DNA from: Podarcis tiliguerta
Taxonomy: Eukaryota
Reading direction: 5' to 3' (one strand)
Length of the DNA: 64,000 nt
NCBI GenBank assembly: GCA_965153285.1
Contig: OZ229111.1
Part shown: positions 1-13,055 of the stretch, one piece after another
Position numbering within the stretch: the stretch's first letter is position 1
Layout of the letters: every line of letters begins with the position of its first letter
Position numbers and translations under genes: made by a program
Notes under the pieces: model-generated
What the model saw: only the letters and a program-made list of their open reading frames with translations
Told to the model about the DNA's origin: nothing
Databases searched by the model: none

Positions 1-18
1 CAGCGCCACCCGCATCCC
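1..18 (-). mobile_element. 5' tip of a Sauria SINE running off the window edge
   Basis: cagcgccacccgcatccc matches the ends of the copies at 8198-8215 and 42309-42326. Confidence 0.75.
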
Positions 19-102
19 TAAGTTGTGCTTTAGAAAGCCACAAATATAGTGGCAGATAGGAACAAGACTAATTTATATTGACCTGACTATATTATATGAG
101 AC

Positions 103-103
103 T

Positions 104-146
<43 letters not shown>
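103..146. repeat. (TTTA)n microsatellite
   Basis: Direct reading. Confidence 0.95.
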
Positions 147-147
<1 letters not shown>

Positions 148-746
148 AAAGTAGTAGCAACTTATTTCCGTCTACACAGCAAAGCTTCCAACTTCAAAGC
201 AATATCAATTACCATTACAGCATTTATGTCCTTTCACTACCTGGTCCTATTTTCGGAGATTCCTGGACAGGGTAACCTGCTTTTCAGTAGGTCCTGTTCC
301 AGGAGGACCTTTTCTGACAGCCTCTTTAGCCAATTAGAAGGCTACTTGGGGGCTTGATCCCACCTCCAGGTCTATTTTAGTAGTGCTTTCCCCACAATTT
401 TAAGTTTGGAACAGATATCTTTTTGTTTCCTGTTGTTGTTCTTTATTAACCAATTCAAATGGTTTTCTTGAGTACTGATTCAATGCAATTTAGCATAAAA
501 CCACAAGCTGATAACAAGAAATATATTGAAGATATCCATCTGGTTTGTGTTGAGAGCCTTGTTCATTTCATTCTCCATGGTTGTCATTTGCCTTACTAAT
601 TGCCTCATTACAACTGCTTTACAATCAGTATGACTTAGTCATTAACGTGATGAAAGGCTTACTGAAGAGCAGCTAGATATTAAAAAGCATAGATCTCTGA
701 CCTACAATTCTTGGACATTCCACAGCTTATCTCTAGCTTTATTAAA

Positions 747-777
<31 letters not shown>

Positions 778-786
778 CACACACAC
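747..786. repeat. (GT)n followed by a short (AC)n
   Basis: Direct reading. Confidence 0.95.
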
Positions 787-2164
787 TTTGAAATTAAAAT
801 GGATCTACTGGCCCTGAACATCTCTTTCAGTTATCTTGCCTTTAGAAAACTGATTAAATGAGAAACTGAAATACTCTATAATTTTTTTACTTTCAAGACA
901 TTTTATTTCCCTTGCTGTTTACCATTCTAGTCAGTTAAGTGGCTTTAAATGATATTATTGTTCACATAAATAAGGAAAGAAAGACAGAACCATGTGATGT
1001 TCCTAAATATTTGTTTCACTAGGTGAGATCTGACAAAGCAAATACTCTGCACAGGAAGAGACAAGTGTTTTATTGTGTGCATTACATGTTTTTATTTCTT
1101 AGTATTTTTCTTGTGGGGACTAGAGCTAATGGTTTTTGTAGCATCTTCTCATGACCTCCCATATATATGTGTGTATATTTAGGCAGTCATTCAAGTTGCA
1201 AAGAAAATAAGGAAACAAGGGTTGGAACATAACTGTTCTGCTGGGATAGCCAAAGGTCCATCTAGGTCAGCATCCCCTTTCCAACAGCATCCCGTCAGAT
1301 GACTCTAGTGAGCCCAGAAGTGTTAAGCCGTAAGCCTTATGTAGAAAGCTACCTTATATTCCTCCATCTAGCATGGCATTTTCTACACTGTGTGGCAGAG
1401 GCTCTCCAGAATTTCAGACAGGGTGGCATTCCCAGATTTACCCTGAGCTCTTGGGAATTGAACATGGGATCTTACATCAACAGCAGATTCTCTACCACTG
1501 AGCTATGGCAGATGAGGCAGCAGATTGAGACAAGATTTCCTGGAAACAGTGGGAAAGAGATGATGCAAAGCCAGGTAGGATTAGGACGGAAAAGTAGGTT
1601 CTGGTATCCATCCATCATGCTACAATCCATATTTATAGCTGTATTTCCATACAGGTACTTACCATTTGTCTGGTATTTCCTTACTACGGGAAAGTGCCAC
1701 AAAACAGCTGCAACTGAATTATTCGGTTGAAAGGGCAAAAGTTTTTCAGCACACTGGTGCATTTGCTGAATCACTTCAGCTTTTAAACGATTTTGAGGTG
1801 TTGTTCCCAATATTTTTAACATGTTTGTTTAGCAGTAAGGGGAAATTGCACTTGCAATGGCGAAAGGCTACTAATAATGAACTTTAGGAATTAAAGCTTT
1901 GAAAGGTGACTCTTTTTATTCTTCTCAGGAATACACACTGCATTGTACACAGCTTTGTGAAGTATGCTTACAATCCTAAGGTTGTAGTTTAATTGTGCAA
2001 TCTTAAGCACACAGGAAGATCCTGGAGAGAAATTAGTTAGAATTCCCTTTTTAATGAAACCAAATGTCAAAATATAAAGAATATTACTTGGAGAAAGAAT
2101 GAACGGAGGAAAATAGGAAGGCAACAATTGCACACAGAGGTAATATAATGGTATAAAATCATCA

Positions 2165-2420
2165 AAGAAGAAGAGAAGGAGGAGTTTGGATTTGAAATCC
2201 CGCTTTATCACTACCCTAAGGTGTCTCAAAGCAGCTAACAATCTCCTTTCCCTTCCTCCCTCACAACAAACACTCTGTGAAGTGAGTGGGGCTGAGAGAC
2301 TTCAGAGAAGTGTGACTGGCCCAAGGTCACCCAGCAGCTGCAGGTGGAGGAGCGGGGACGCGAACCCCGTTCACCAGATTATGAGTCCACCACTCTTAAC
2401 CACTACACCACACTGGCTCT
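2165..2420 (-). mobile_element. tRNA-derived squamate SINE (MIR/Squam3-like)
   Basis: Reverse complement starts gccagtgtggtgtagtggttaagag (A box), has a B-box-like ggttcgcgtc and a (CTT/CCT)n tail; paralogue at 35041. Confidence 0.85.
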
Positions 2421-2995
2421 CAATGCAAGGAATTCAACATAGCAGTGTGGCAATCATCAGCACAAGCATTTCAGCTTTCCAGAGGGAACAATCTACCGTC
2501 ACCTCAGTGCATGCTGTTTTGGGGGAAGGAGTCTCTTAACCCCCCAAGCCAATTTCAGAGGAGAGGCAGGGGAAAGTGGGGAGTGGAAAGTGCTGTTGCA
2601 CCAGCAGACATCTTTATGCAGGCTTCTGCTAGCAGGACTCGTTAGTTGGATCCCACCCAATTTAATTTAACTAGCTGCATGATAGCAGCTCAGAGCATCT
2701 TTGGACTCCTGATAATATGTTTCCAGGAAAACAAGATTGCGAATGAAGCCTCACATACTGATTGGGTACCTGAGAGCTGCAAAAGACAGTATGTTCTTAA
2801 GTCCAATGGTGAAAGAAGCTCTGTTTCTGATGTAAGTGGTACCCTCCAGATATTGATGGATATTATCCCTGACTATTAGCCATTCTGGCTGAGAATGATT
2901 GAAGTTGGAGCCTAACAATATCTGGAGGGCACAAGGTTGGGGGAAACTGATTCATGCAATGAATTAGAAATTGTAGAGGACTACATAATAACTGT

Positions 2996-3262
2996 TGAGC
3001 TCCCATTTCTCGGTTCCTGCTCCTGCCAACCTAGCAGTTCGAAAGCATGAAGTGCAAGTAGATAAATAGGTACCGTTCCAGTGGGAAGGTAAACGGCGTT
3101 TCTGTGCGCTGCTCTGGTTCGCCAGAAGCGGCTTAGTCATGCTGGCCACATGACCCGGAAGCTGTACACCGGCTCCCTCGGCCAATAAAGCGAGATGAGC
3201 GCCGCAACCCCAGAGTCAGTCACGACTGGACCTAACGGTCAGGGGTTCCTTTACCTTTACCA
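2996..3262 (+). mobile_element. Sauria SINE, 5'-truncated
   Basis: Sauria body, (ACCTTT)n tail, 14-bp TSD tacataataactgt at 2982-2995 and 3263-3276. Confidence 0.92.
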
Positions 3263-3644
3263 TACATAATAACTGTAGACTTACATCAGCAGAGCTAGCA
3301 AGTTCTAACAATGCAGCATTCAGAGACAAAACACAGGATATACGCTTATTCATGCTGCACGAGAGGGGTCTGCAGATCTCTGACACTCTGGTTAGAACTG
3401 CTGAGCTATGTCAGAATATAGGAGTCATATTCCCAATACGGTTCAATTTGGACAGTGCTTGTTCTCTTGAACAGCCAGACTAAACTGGACAAGATCCTAG
3501 TTTGCAACAAGACATTAGTAACAAGACATGTTCTTTTACCCTACATCAGGGCTTCCCAAATTGCTGAACATAAGAATCTGTTGCGTCAGGCTAATGACTC
3601 ATCTTGCCCAGCATCCTGTTCTCACAGTGGCCAATCAGACAGCT

Positions 3645-4042
3645 ACTAGGCTAAGCTCAAGGTGCTGGCTTTGGTTTATAAAGACTTATACAGCTTGGGA
3701 GCAGAATATTTGAAAGGTTGTCTCACCCCTTTTATCCTAAGTTGATCACTGTGCTGTGCAGGGGAGGGCCTTCTGCAGATACCATCCAATTGGGAGGCTG
3801 TTCTGTACAATGTAGGAACCAAGTTTTTAGTGTTGTGTCACCCACCCTTTGGAATTCCCTCCCCTTGAATATTAAACAGGTGCCATATCTTTTTGTCACC
3901 TGTTGAAAACCTTCCACAAGCTTTTTAAGTTGAGATATTTCCCATATCTCTGCTGAATCTGCTTTCAGTATGTTTTCATTGTTTTGTTACTTGTTGTTTG
4001 CCACCATGGGCTCCTCTGAGAGGAAAGGTGAGAGATAAATTT
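3645..4042 (+). mobile_element. Degraded L2-like LINE 3' fragment
   Basis: Remnant KVLALVYK..L and FSVVSPTLWNSLP motifs typical of the L2 ORF2 C-terminus, followed by a 3' tail. Confidence 0.65.
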
Positions 4043-4169
4043 AAAGGAGGAGGAAGAGGAAGTCATTGACCAAAACTCAAGCTCTTAGAAACGTAAACAA
4101 AATAAAGTCAAGAAATATAAATACATAATGAGTCTATATTAATCCCCAATTGTCATCACTAGTAATCAT

Positions 4170-4220
<51 letters not shown>

Positions 4221-4222
4221 AG
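4170..4222. repeat. (AAAG)n microsatellite
   Basis: Direct reading. Confidence 0.95.
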
Positions 4223-6112
4223 TGAAAAATAACACCATACTTTTTATATTGTCTAATGAGATGAATGGCCCTGATGGGCTTTAACAAGGGCATGAATATT
4301 GGGCTATAGGTGGTTTGAGAGAGTTAGAAGCCAGAGCACTAATGCCACTTGGAAGCTGCATGCTTTTTTTGTTTTTATTCAGCCCAAGCTTCTAAAACTT
4401 GGATTTGCCAAATGTGATATGAGAGAATATGCTCAGTCTGACCTCATGCTGTTGTTCCAAAGATCTTATCTCCCCCTATAGCCAAGCACAGTGAGCCAGC
4501 ATCTTTCCATGCAGCATCAAAGAAGCTTGAGGACCATGGCCTTATTCTATCGCTGTTATAATGTCATCTCTCTAAGGGAACTTTTAACTAGCACTTCTAA
4601 TACTTGCATCCTAATTATAAAACACAGGGGCAGCTGTTGCTTTTAGAGGAACACTTTGGTTGCAGGGCACCAGTGGAAATGCTACTGCTACCCAGCCAGA
4701 AGGCAAAATCTCCCCGTGAACAGCAGTCTGTGCTGAAAATGACGATAGTAATTTTCTCTCCCGACAAGAAATAACTCTGCGGACCTATGTTAAATGGTTT
4801 GATTTCTCCTTCTTTTCCACTCCATCTGGTGTATTTCTTTGTAGCTTCAAGCTGTTTAACAACATGGATAATTTGGTTTGCAGTAAAAATCAATGAAGCC
4901 TAATTGTCCACTTACCATTTGAAAAGTGTTTTAGAAATGCTTCCAAAAAAAGTGGAATGTTCACGTTTTCATACAACTCATTTTAAAGCCGTGAATCATA
5001 ACGGAACATTCCTCATCCTGCATTATGGTCATCTTGTAAGATGTTGCACATTCTGGCTTCCAAGATGGCTGAACTTGTTAATACAGCAGATGCATGAAAA
5101 TTATATAAGCAAAGGATAGTGTTGTTCAGGCTGCTGACAAACGATTCTCTGAATTAAGATTGGAATTAAAATTAATTTGTCCTTGCACCGAGGAGACAAC
5201 ACCAGGGTGCAGTGAGGCAATTGAACAACCTCCTCAGAGGACAAGTAATGTTTTTTGCCAAGCCTCTTTATCACAAATTATTTAATCATGTAGATATGCA
5301 GCAGCTTGCATCTAGATTCATTCCTGCCAGGAGAAGAGTAGAGGCAACATTTGCCAATTCTTCCTACATGCCTCTCCCAAAAGCTTCTCTGGAGGGTTGG
5401 AAAGCCCTCTTGAACAGTGTGGAAGTGGCACTGGAAGCTTCATATGGAAACGAAATAAGCAAAAGTCACTCCCCCTTCAAAAGCTTTTTGTGGACAGAAG
5501 CCTGGGTACAACCAAAAAGGTTTACCTCCTGGTACCAATTCAGGCTGACTGAAAAAATGGTAAATCAAATCAGTAAATCGTAAGGGAGACAGAGAAGGCA
5601 TCCTCATTTGCAGGTTTCTATAATGAGGTTTCTAGTATAGTTTTAGTTGTGTTGTTTCTTTTGTCACCATATGCCAGGATCTGGAATAGCGGAATAAAAA
5701 TTGTTGTGAACGGTAGTCCTTGCCTATTCATTTAAGCTATTGTTAGGGCCAAGTTATACATTATGGCAAACCTGGGGAGGTTCACGGAATAATATTCCTG
5801 TTACCTTCTCCCCAGTGTGTGACGTATGTCCCAGTCTCTTTCACATTAGGAGAGGAGAGTGGATAAATGCATGTTATATAAAACTATGCTAAGGATAGCA
5901 AGGGCAGAGCAGGACACAGACAGTTCATTTGAAGCAACCAAATGTATATTATTATTATTAATTAATTAAATTACCTTCACCCTTTAGGAGGAAGAGGTTC
6001 TATACGTTTCTTATACATCTTTAATCATCCTTGAATGCTAACCAAATGTGTGTCTTTTATGACCTTTAGTGTGTAAGCCAATAACAAGTCAAGGATAGAG
6101 GAGACCCTAAAC

Positions 6113-6442
6113 AATTGGTAGGCAAACTAAGACCTGGTGGCCGGATCCGGCCCAATCGCCTTCTAAATCTGGACCGTGGTTGGTCTGGGAATCAGCGTGT
6201 TTTTACATGAGTAGAATGTGTCCTTTTATTTAAAATGCATCTCTGGGTTATTTGTGGGGCCTGCCTGCTGTTTTTACATGAGTAGAATGTGTGCTTTTAT
6301 TTAAAATGCATCTCTGGGTTATTTATGGGGCATAGAAATTTGTTCATCTCCCCCCCCCAAAAAAAATATATAGTCTGCTCCCGCCCCCAAGATCTGAGGG
6401 ACAGCGGACCGGCCCCCTGCTGAAAAAGTTTGCTGACCCCTG
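6113..6442 (-). mobile_element. Non-autonomous hAT MITE with an internal ~70-bp duplication
   Basis: Terminal inverted repeat (TIR) caggggtcagcaaact; 8-bp TSD ccctaaac at 6105-6112 and 6443-6450. Confidence 0.9.
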
Positions 6443-6919
6443 CCCTAAACCGCAGTAGTATTCTTAACTGCAGCACTTTTCCTTTCATAGAAGTGAGTAG
6501 CAAACATTCTGTTATATAGCAGAAAATAGAGTGTAATTGTGAACATTGCTTGGGTGCGCCTAAGCCTATTACCTAATACCCCAATGATTCAAGTCGCCTC
6601 TTCCTCCTCCTTCCGTCTGCATAGCTCTTTCCTGAGTTTCGTTTCTTGATCACACCAGATTGTAAAGAACAGACTGATAATAAATAATGAATAGATAGAT
6701 AATAATAGATAATAAATGTATGCTACTTTCATACAGGTGGCTCCTAATTCTTGCTCCTCCATAATAAGTGTTAATAAATTGCAGTTGACCTTCTGCACTA
6801 TTGGGAACATTTCACTTTTCCTGAAAGTTCCTCCCACTGTGTTCTGTCCACACCAGAGGGTATGCATAGCTGCTCTGGGTGAGGAAGGGGAAAGACCACC
6901 CAAGAGGCCATTTGAAGTT

Positions 6920-6922
<3 letters not shown>

Positions 6923-6954
<32 letters not shown>
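6923..6954. repeat. (CA)n microsatellite
   Basis: Direct reading. Confidence 0.95.
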
Positions 6955-6955
<1 letters not shown>

Positions 6956-6960
6956 TATAT

Positions 6961-7213
6961 CAGGGGTCAGCAAACTTTTTCAGCAGGGGGCTGGTCCACC
7001 GTCCCTCAAACCTTGTGGAGGCCAGACTATATTATTTGGGGGGGGGGGGAGGATGAACAAATTCCTATGCCCACAAATAACCCAGAGCTGCATTTTAAAT
7101 AAAAGGACACATTCTACTCATGTAAAAACATACTGATTCCTGGACGTCCACGGGCCGGATTTAGAAGGCGATTGGGCTGGATCCGGCCCCGGGCCTTAGT
7201 TTGCCTACCCATG
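6961..7213 (+). mobile_element. Non-autonomous hAT MITE, same family as 6113
   Basis: caggggtcagcaaact...agtttgcctacccatg; 8-bp TSD cattatat at 6953-6960 and 7214-7221. Confidence 0.92.
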
Positions 7214-7870
7214 CATTATATCTTCTATAGTGGGCACAGTTTTCACTACACTGTTTACTTATCAATATTTAAATTAGCATCAAAACACTTTTCTGGATAT
7301 ATATTTTTTTAAGTATTAAAATATTAATGAAATATGACTTAAATTAAACAGTGTTATAGCACAGTAACACCATAGTGCTGATGGTAAAAACAAACAAACC
7401 CCACTTTCCAGTCATCACCATTAAACATGTTTTTAAAACTTGAGGAGAGTGTAGACTTGAGGACAACATTTGAACAGACAGATTTCCCCAGAGTCATCTT
7501 GCATAGCCAGCAGAGAGCAAGAAAAAGCACAAATTACCTTTATGCATGAGCTACGCAGTTATGGTTGGATCGGGACATTTTGACTAAACTGAATAAGCCC
7601 TCATAAAGAGCATATTTTAGCTTGAAATGCATTAAATATTAATAATTTAAATTTAGCATCTGCTACTTCCTTCCTTTGGAGATGGACAGATTTTCTATTA
7701 TATGGATATGTTGCTTTGTGATGAGAGACCTGAACTGAAAGGGGATTTTTTTTCCTGCGAGTTTCAGACATCCCTACAGATAACTTTTATTTTAAAGTGT
7801 GCAGTGATCATTGGCTTTAACAGTAGTCCTTGATACTTAATTTTTTTTAATGGCTGGCAGGAAAACTGTA

Positions 7871-8215
7871 AAGGTAATGGGTGACCATTAGGTCCAGTCA
7901 TGGCCGACTCTGGGGTTGCGGCGCTCATCTCGCTTTATTGGCCAAGGGAGCCGGCGTACAGCTTCCAGGTCATGTGGCCAACATGACTAAGCCGCTTCTG
8001 GCCAACCAGAGCATTGCACGGAAATGCCATTTACCTTCCCACCGGAGTGGTACCTATTTATCTACTTGCACTTTGACATGCTTTCGAACTGCTCGGTTGG
8101 CAGGAGCAAGGACCGAGCAATGGGAGCTCACCCCGTCGTGGGGATTCGAATCGCCGACCTTCTGATTGGCAAGCCCTAGGCTCTGTGGTTTAACCCACAG
8201 CGCCACCCACGTCCC
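7871..8215 (-). mobile_element. Full-length Sauria SINE
   Basis: tRNA-like head (ggttcgaatccc-like B box on the - strand); 12-bp TSD aggaaaactgta at 7859-7870 and 8218-8229. Confidence 0.93.
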
Positions 8216-11200
8216 ATAGGAAAACTGTAGTAGCATTTAATTCACCGTGGCGATATTGTCTTCCAAAATTCAAGAGCAGATTAGCTATGAAACTTACCTA
8301 ATGGTTTTTTAAATATTTTCTTATCTTTTGGATAATGATATTCGAGAACCAGCCGTACTTGCTCAAAACGTAGGGCAAAGTAAGATGTGAAAGAGATGTG
8401 CAGCACAATGTTGTGCTTGGCTGCTCAGAAAGCATGTCCTGTTGCATTCAGTGGGTTTTAATTTGCAGGTTGCCATTCTAAACAAACTTACCTGGAAGTA
8501 AGTCCCATTGAACTCTGTTGACATTTCTGCATATATATGAATAGGATTGGAGAGTAGGAAAGTCTGAGTAAGAGGCTGGAATTGTAGTTTCCAGCCAATG
8601 AGATAATTACATTCATTACGTATGTATGCATACAAAGTGTTAAATATTTTGTTATACAAAAATCTTAGAAATTATTTTGGCGACATTTGAATAAAATCAA
8701 ATTAGATCACTTGCGAAGCAGTTTCTTAGTTTTAACATGTATAGGTTACTTTGTACAAACTAACATATATAAAGGACTCAGTTGTCTATGGCTGAGGAAG
8801 TTACATGCACTTAAGTTAATGAATACTCAGTTATATCAATGATACTTAAGTGCACCATTCATTGGTTATGATCCATTCTAACTCTCCTGAGAGGCACACA
8901 TATGTCCAAACTCTTTTCTTCTGAGTGTGACAATTATAGAAGAATTCCAAACCAAACATTTGTACATAATGAGTGGTGTACAAAGTTATTTTTTAAAATG
9001 TTTGGTTTGATCCCTGTCATAGTTTCTGGGGCCTCTGTTATTTTGGACAACAGGGAGGTACTGTGAAAAATGCTGAAGACGGGGAAAACATGACCCTGAG
9101 CTGAGAAGATTAATAGCCGATGAATAACTAAAGTCACTTACGGTATTTCACTGTTCTAATTTCTGGAGCTCTTTTAATGGATTGTTTGAGTAGTTTATGG
9201 AGCATAACCAAAACTCATTTTAGTAGGGGGCGAGGAGGAGGGCAGAACAAAGTTTAGTCCGTCTTTTACAAAGAGAGAGATGCTTTTGAATATCACAGAC
9301 ACAACAGAATCTCTGTGTCCAAACTGCAGTTATTTGAAACCAATGTGATGTGAACCTACATTGCAGCTCTCTTGAAAGTCCTGTTTTAGAGTAATAAAAA
9401 CATTGGTGCTTATTGGTGTACTGAATATTTGATTTTTTTTATTTTAAAAAATCCATTTTATTATATATTCTGAATATTTGTATTTTTTAAATATCTTTTA
9501 CCTAGAGCCATTCCCAAAATAGAGGTAATATATACATTTATTGATTTAAATGAATACGCTATGCAACTATTCAACTACTTAGGAAAGTTTTGTAGAAACA
9601 GGCTAAGGCAGTGTGGTGAACCAACTGTGCTGTATTCAAAGTAGTGCCAAGTAGTGCTTTGCTCGAGTGCAACAACTTCTCTCCTCCCCCTGTGCACTCC
9701 TAAATCTTTCTGGGGAATCCCCTAACACTCTGGAGCAGATCTAGGGACAGCAGAGGGAGAGGAAAGGTGAGGAAGGTCACGTTGCTGCAGCAGAAGTCAT
9801 TCTGCTTCCACATTTATTTAGTTGTATACTGCCCAACTATCATATCCTCTGACTACCCTGCCAAATGGTAGTGCTGATAGACTCTTTCATCTTCATTTTG
9901 TAAATATGATTTCAAGGCTTTTATTTTTCTGGAGACTATTGTGGAAGTTTTAAACAGAAATCCTGCTACATTTAGGCACCTTAAGATCTGATTTGATTTA
10001 GTGGACTAGGCATTCATAGCATGAATAAACAAAGATCCAATGTTCAGGTTCCAAATTCAGCCACACCGATGAGGGACTTAAATTTAAAAGAGACCTAGAG
10101 GCACACGTTTCACTCAGTTGCTGCTTGCTTTACATACTTACACCCCAGTAGCAGTGCCAAGTAGGGTACTTCACTGCCCGCTACCCCGGCAACCATTTCT
10201 GCATAGGTCTTTCCAATTTACTCTAAGTCTTCTTTTACCTGCAATTTTGATCTCACAGTCTCAAATTCACCACTTCTACAAAGCTGTGTCTTAAAGAACA
10301 CCTTGTTAACTGCCACCTCTTTGGATATAGCTCTATTGCAACAACATGAGTCTTGGGGATAAAAGTAGCTTGTTAAATTACCTCCATTTATCCCAGACTA
10401 TTCAACTAGCTTGACTATTACAGCTTCCCTCTATCAATACCTTGTTCCCCCTATTCACCTAGTCTTCAGTATTCCTTCTGCTGCCTCTTTTTCAGAATCC
10501 TCATCAACTCTTTGGGACACCACAAGAGCAAGGCTGCTCCCCCTCCCTCTCCTTTTCGCCCTCTCTCTTCTTCAGGTTTAGCATTTCTCTGGAGTGAGAG
10601 TCTGGGCAAAGGGTTAGTTCAATTCTACAAGGTAAAAGACCCCTTGAGTGAGAGGTGAGAAGGTGAAGGAGCAGAACATTGTTGACTGGATGGAAGACGG
10701 GGTCTGTATAAGATGTGAAAGCAATGATGATGTTGTTTGGTTAGTTGGAAACATAGGAAACTGCCTTATACTGAATCAGACAATTGGCCCATTGAGTTCA
10801 GAAATCACTCGCAGTGGCTTTCTGTGATTTCAGGTGAGGGACATTCCCTGTCCTACCTAGAAATGCCACAGAATGAACCCAGGACTTTCTGCATACAAAT
10901 TATATGATATACCACTGTGCTTTGCTTGTGGTTATGATTGCTGAGCAGTACACCTACACACAGCATGCACTTTCTATTTTGTGCACGAGTTGCATTTTAT
11001 TGGTCCAAGGAGTCTGTGTTTGTATGACAGAGCAGCAATGTGTGTGCGCTTTGTTCATATTGTTGTTGTTATGTGCCTGCTGGGCAAAGGGAGTTATGGT
11101 GAAGGGGGTTCTGATGCTTGGAATCTGTTCCTCCTGGTTCCTTTTCCACCGGGCAAGACTTGGGCTGCCTTGCCGATCAGCCCTCCAGGCTAGTGGTGCT

Positions 11201-11980
11201 TCTTTTGAATGCCAGGTTGGTGCGTACTATTACCACACTGCCCTGCAGTAAATATAGAAGTTGTGGTGCAGATTTTCAAAACTGTCAACCCTTGATGTAA
11301 GAGCCTCCCTCCTAGAAATCAACACCTCCTGTCTCCTAGCAAAGGGACAAGGCATTCAATCACTAGACAGCAATTCTGCACACTGAAATATGTGTTCTTT
11401 GTATGGCTGAATAATAAATGAAGGTTAATTTAAATTTGAAAGCACATTAGAAAATGGAACGGCATCAGGCGGTGCCAGAGAAGGATGCTCAGAGCGATGG
11501 TAGTGAAGAGTAAACACATGGAAGCCTTTGAGTGCAAAAGAAAGGAAAAAATAGGGTCCCCTCCCGAAAAACAGCAACAATGGCTGTTTGTTTTAATCGC
11601 CGCTTTATAAAACAGCTTGCCATCTTATTGAGTCAGGTTTTCCCACATTCCGATGTCACAAAAAGAATAATATGGAATGGGGTCTGGAAATGACAATAAA
11701 ATTTGTCACTCGACAAAACTTTTATTTGCTCTTTTATAGCAAACACACTGCTGCCTGATTATCCTATAAAAACAAAGTATACAGTTTTACTGTTCTGTGT
11801 CACTATGTCTTTAGCAGCAAAACAGAACACACATCATTTCAGGAGTGCCTTAAATTAAATTGGCATGATGACAAGCTCAAAGAGTGTCTGTTGCAGGCAT
11901 TATGGATAACCCGGTGAATTCAAGGTGTCATCCTTTACAGGCTATTGATTAAAGTTAGCCAATATCCATCTCTTCAAGAA

Positions 11981-12180
11981 NNNNNNNNNNNNNNNNNNNN
12001 NNNNNNNNNNNNNNNNNNNNNNNNNNNNNNNNNNNNNNNNNNNNNNNNNNNNNNNNNNNNNNNNNNNNNNNNNNNNNNNNNNNNNNNNNNNNNNNNNNNN
12101 NNNNNNNNNNNNNNNNNNNNNNNNNNNNNNNNNNNNNNNNNNNNNNNNNNNNNNNNNNNNNNNNNNNNNNNNNNNNNNNN
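11981..12180. other. Assembly gap (200 N)
   Basis: Run of N abutting a BovB copy. Confidence 1.
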
Positions 12181-13055
12181 AGTCTCCTCCAGCACCATAA
12201 TTCAAAAGCATCAATTCTTCGGCAATCAGCCTTCTTTATGGTCCAGGTCTCACTTCCATACATCACTACTGGGAAAACCATAGCTTTTACTATACGGACC
12301 TTTGTGTTGGGATACTGCCAGGGAGATAAAGTCCATCATGGCCCCCAAGCCGCCTCCGGACGTCCATCGATCTCCCGTAGACACGCAGTCTCAGCAATTA
12401 GCGATACGAGCTCCAGAAATAGCTTGCCACATTCCAGAGCTGATGCACGCTCTATCAGCAGAATCCACACAGCGAAAGATGCACGCAGGAGAGCATTATT
12501 TAAAAGTTTATTCAGCGTTGGTCAGAACAAAGAAAAACATGACTGCCTGCTTCGGTGTTTCAGGCACAGAGAGAGAAACGAAAGCAATAGACAAAACATA
12601 AACTTCCTGTGAACAGGAAATACACAGACTCTGTGACTCACAAAGCCTGCTCCCTTTTAAGGTGGAACGGAAATATCCTAACACTTTGTTGGCAAGGTGA
12701 TGTCTCTACTTTTTAAGATGCTGTCTAGGTTTGTCATTGCTTTTCTCCCAAGAAGCAGGTGTCTTTTAATTTCGTGGCTGCTGTCACCATCTGCAGTGAT
12801 CATGGAGCCCAAGAAAGTAAAATCTCTCACTGCCTCCATTTCTTCCCCTTCTGTTTGCTAGGAGGTGATGGGACCAATGGCCATGATCTTCGTTTTTTTA
12901 ATGTTGAGCTTCAGACCATATTTTGCGCTCTCCTCTTTCACCCTCAATAAAAGGTTCTTTAATTCCTCCTCACTTTCTGCCATCAAGGCTGTGTCATCTG
13001 CATATCTGAGGTTGTTGATATTTCTTCCGGCAATCTTAATTCCGGCTAGGGATTC
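12181..13055 (-). mobile_element. BovB (RTE) LINE fragment interrupted by a solo LTR
   Basis: Minus-strand translation MVFPVVMYGSETWTIKKADCRRIDAFELWCWRR is BovB RT C-terminus; sequence resumes colinearly after 12685. Confidence 0.92.
12305..12684 (-). mobile_element. Solo LTR (380 bp) nested in BovB
   Basis: TGTTGGGATA...TATCCCTAACA inverted termini; 5-bp TSD ctttg at 12300-12304 and 12685-12689; AATAAA on the - strand at 12507-12512. Confidence 0.88.

Noticed and set aside
1299-1822. Overlapping 143-aa and 116-aa ORFs
   Set aside because: No recognisable domain; they overlap degraded SINE/CR1-type repeats in an intron
8140-8215. tRNA-like A/B boxes (also near 35041 and 42250)
   Set aside because: These are SINE heads, not tRNA genes
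10818-10840. tttcag|gtgagg recursive-like motif
   Set aside because: Lies inside a degraded repeat and has a weak pyrimidine tract
11942-12283. ORFs spanning N runs (also 51789-52113)
   Set aside because: Artefacts of assembly gaps
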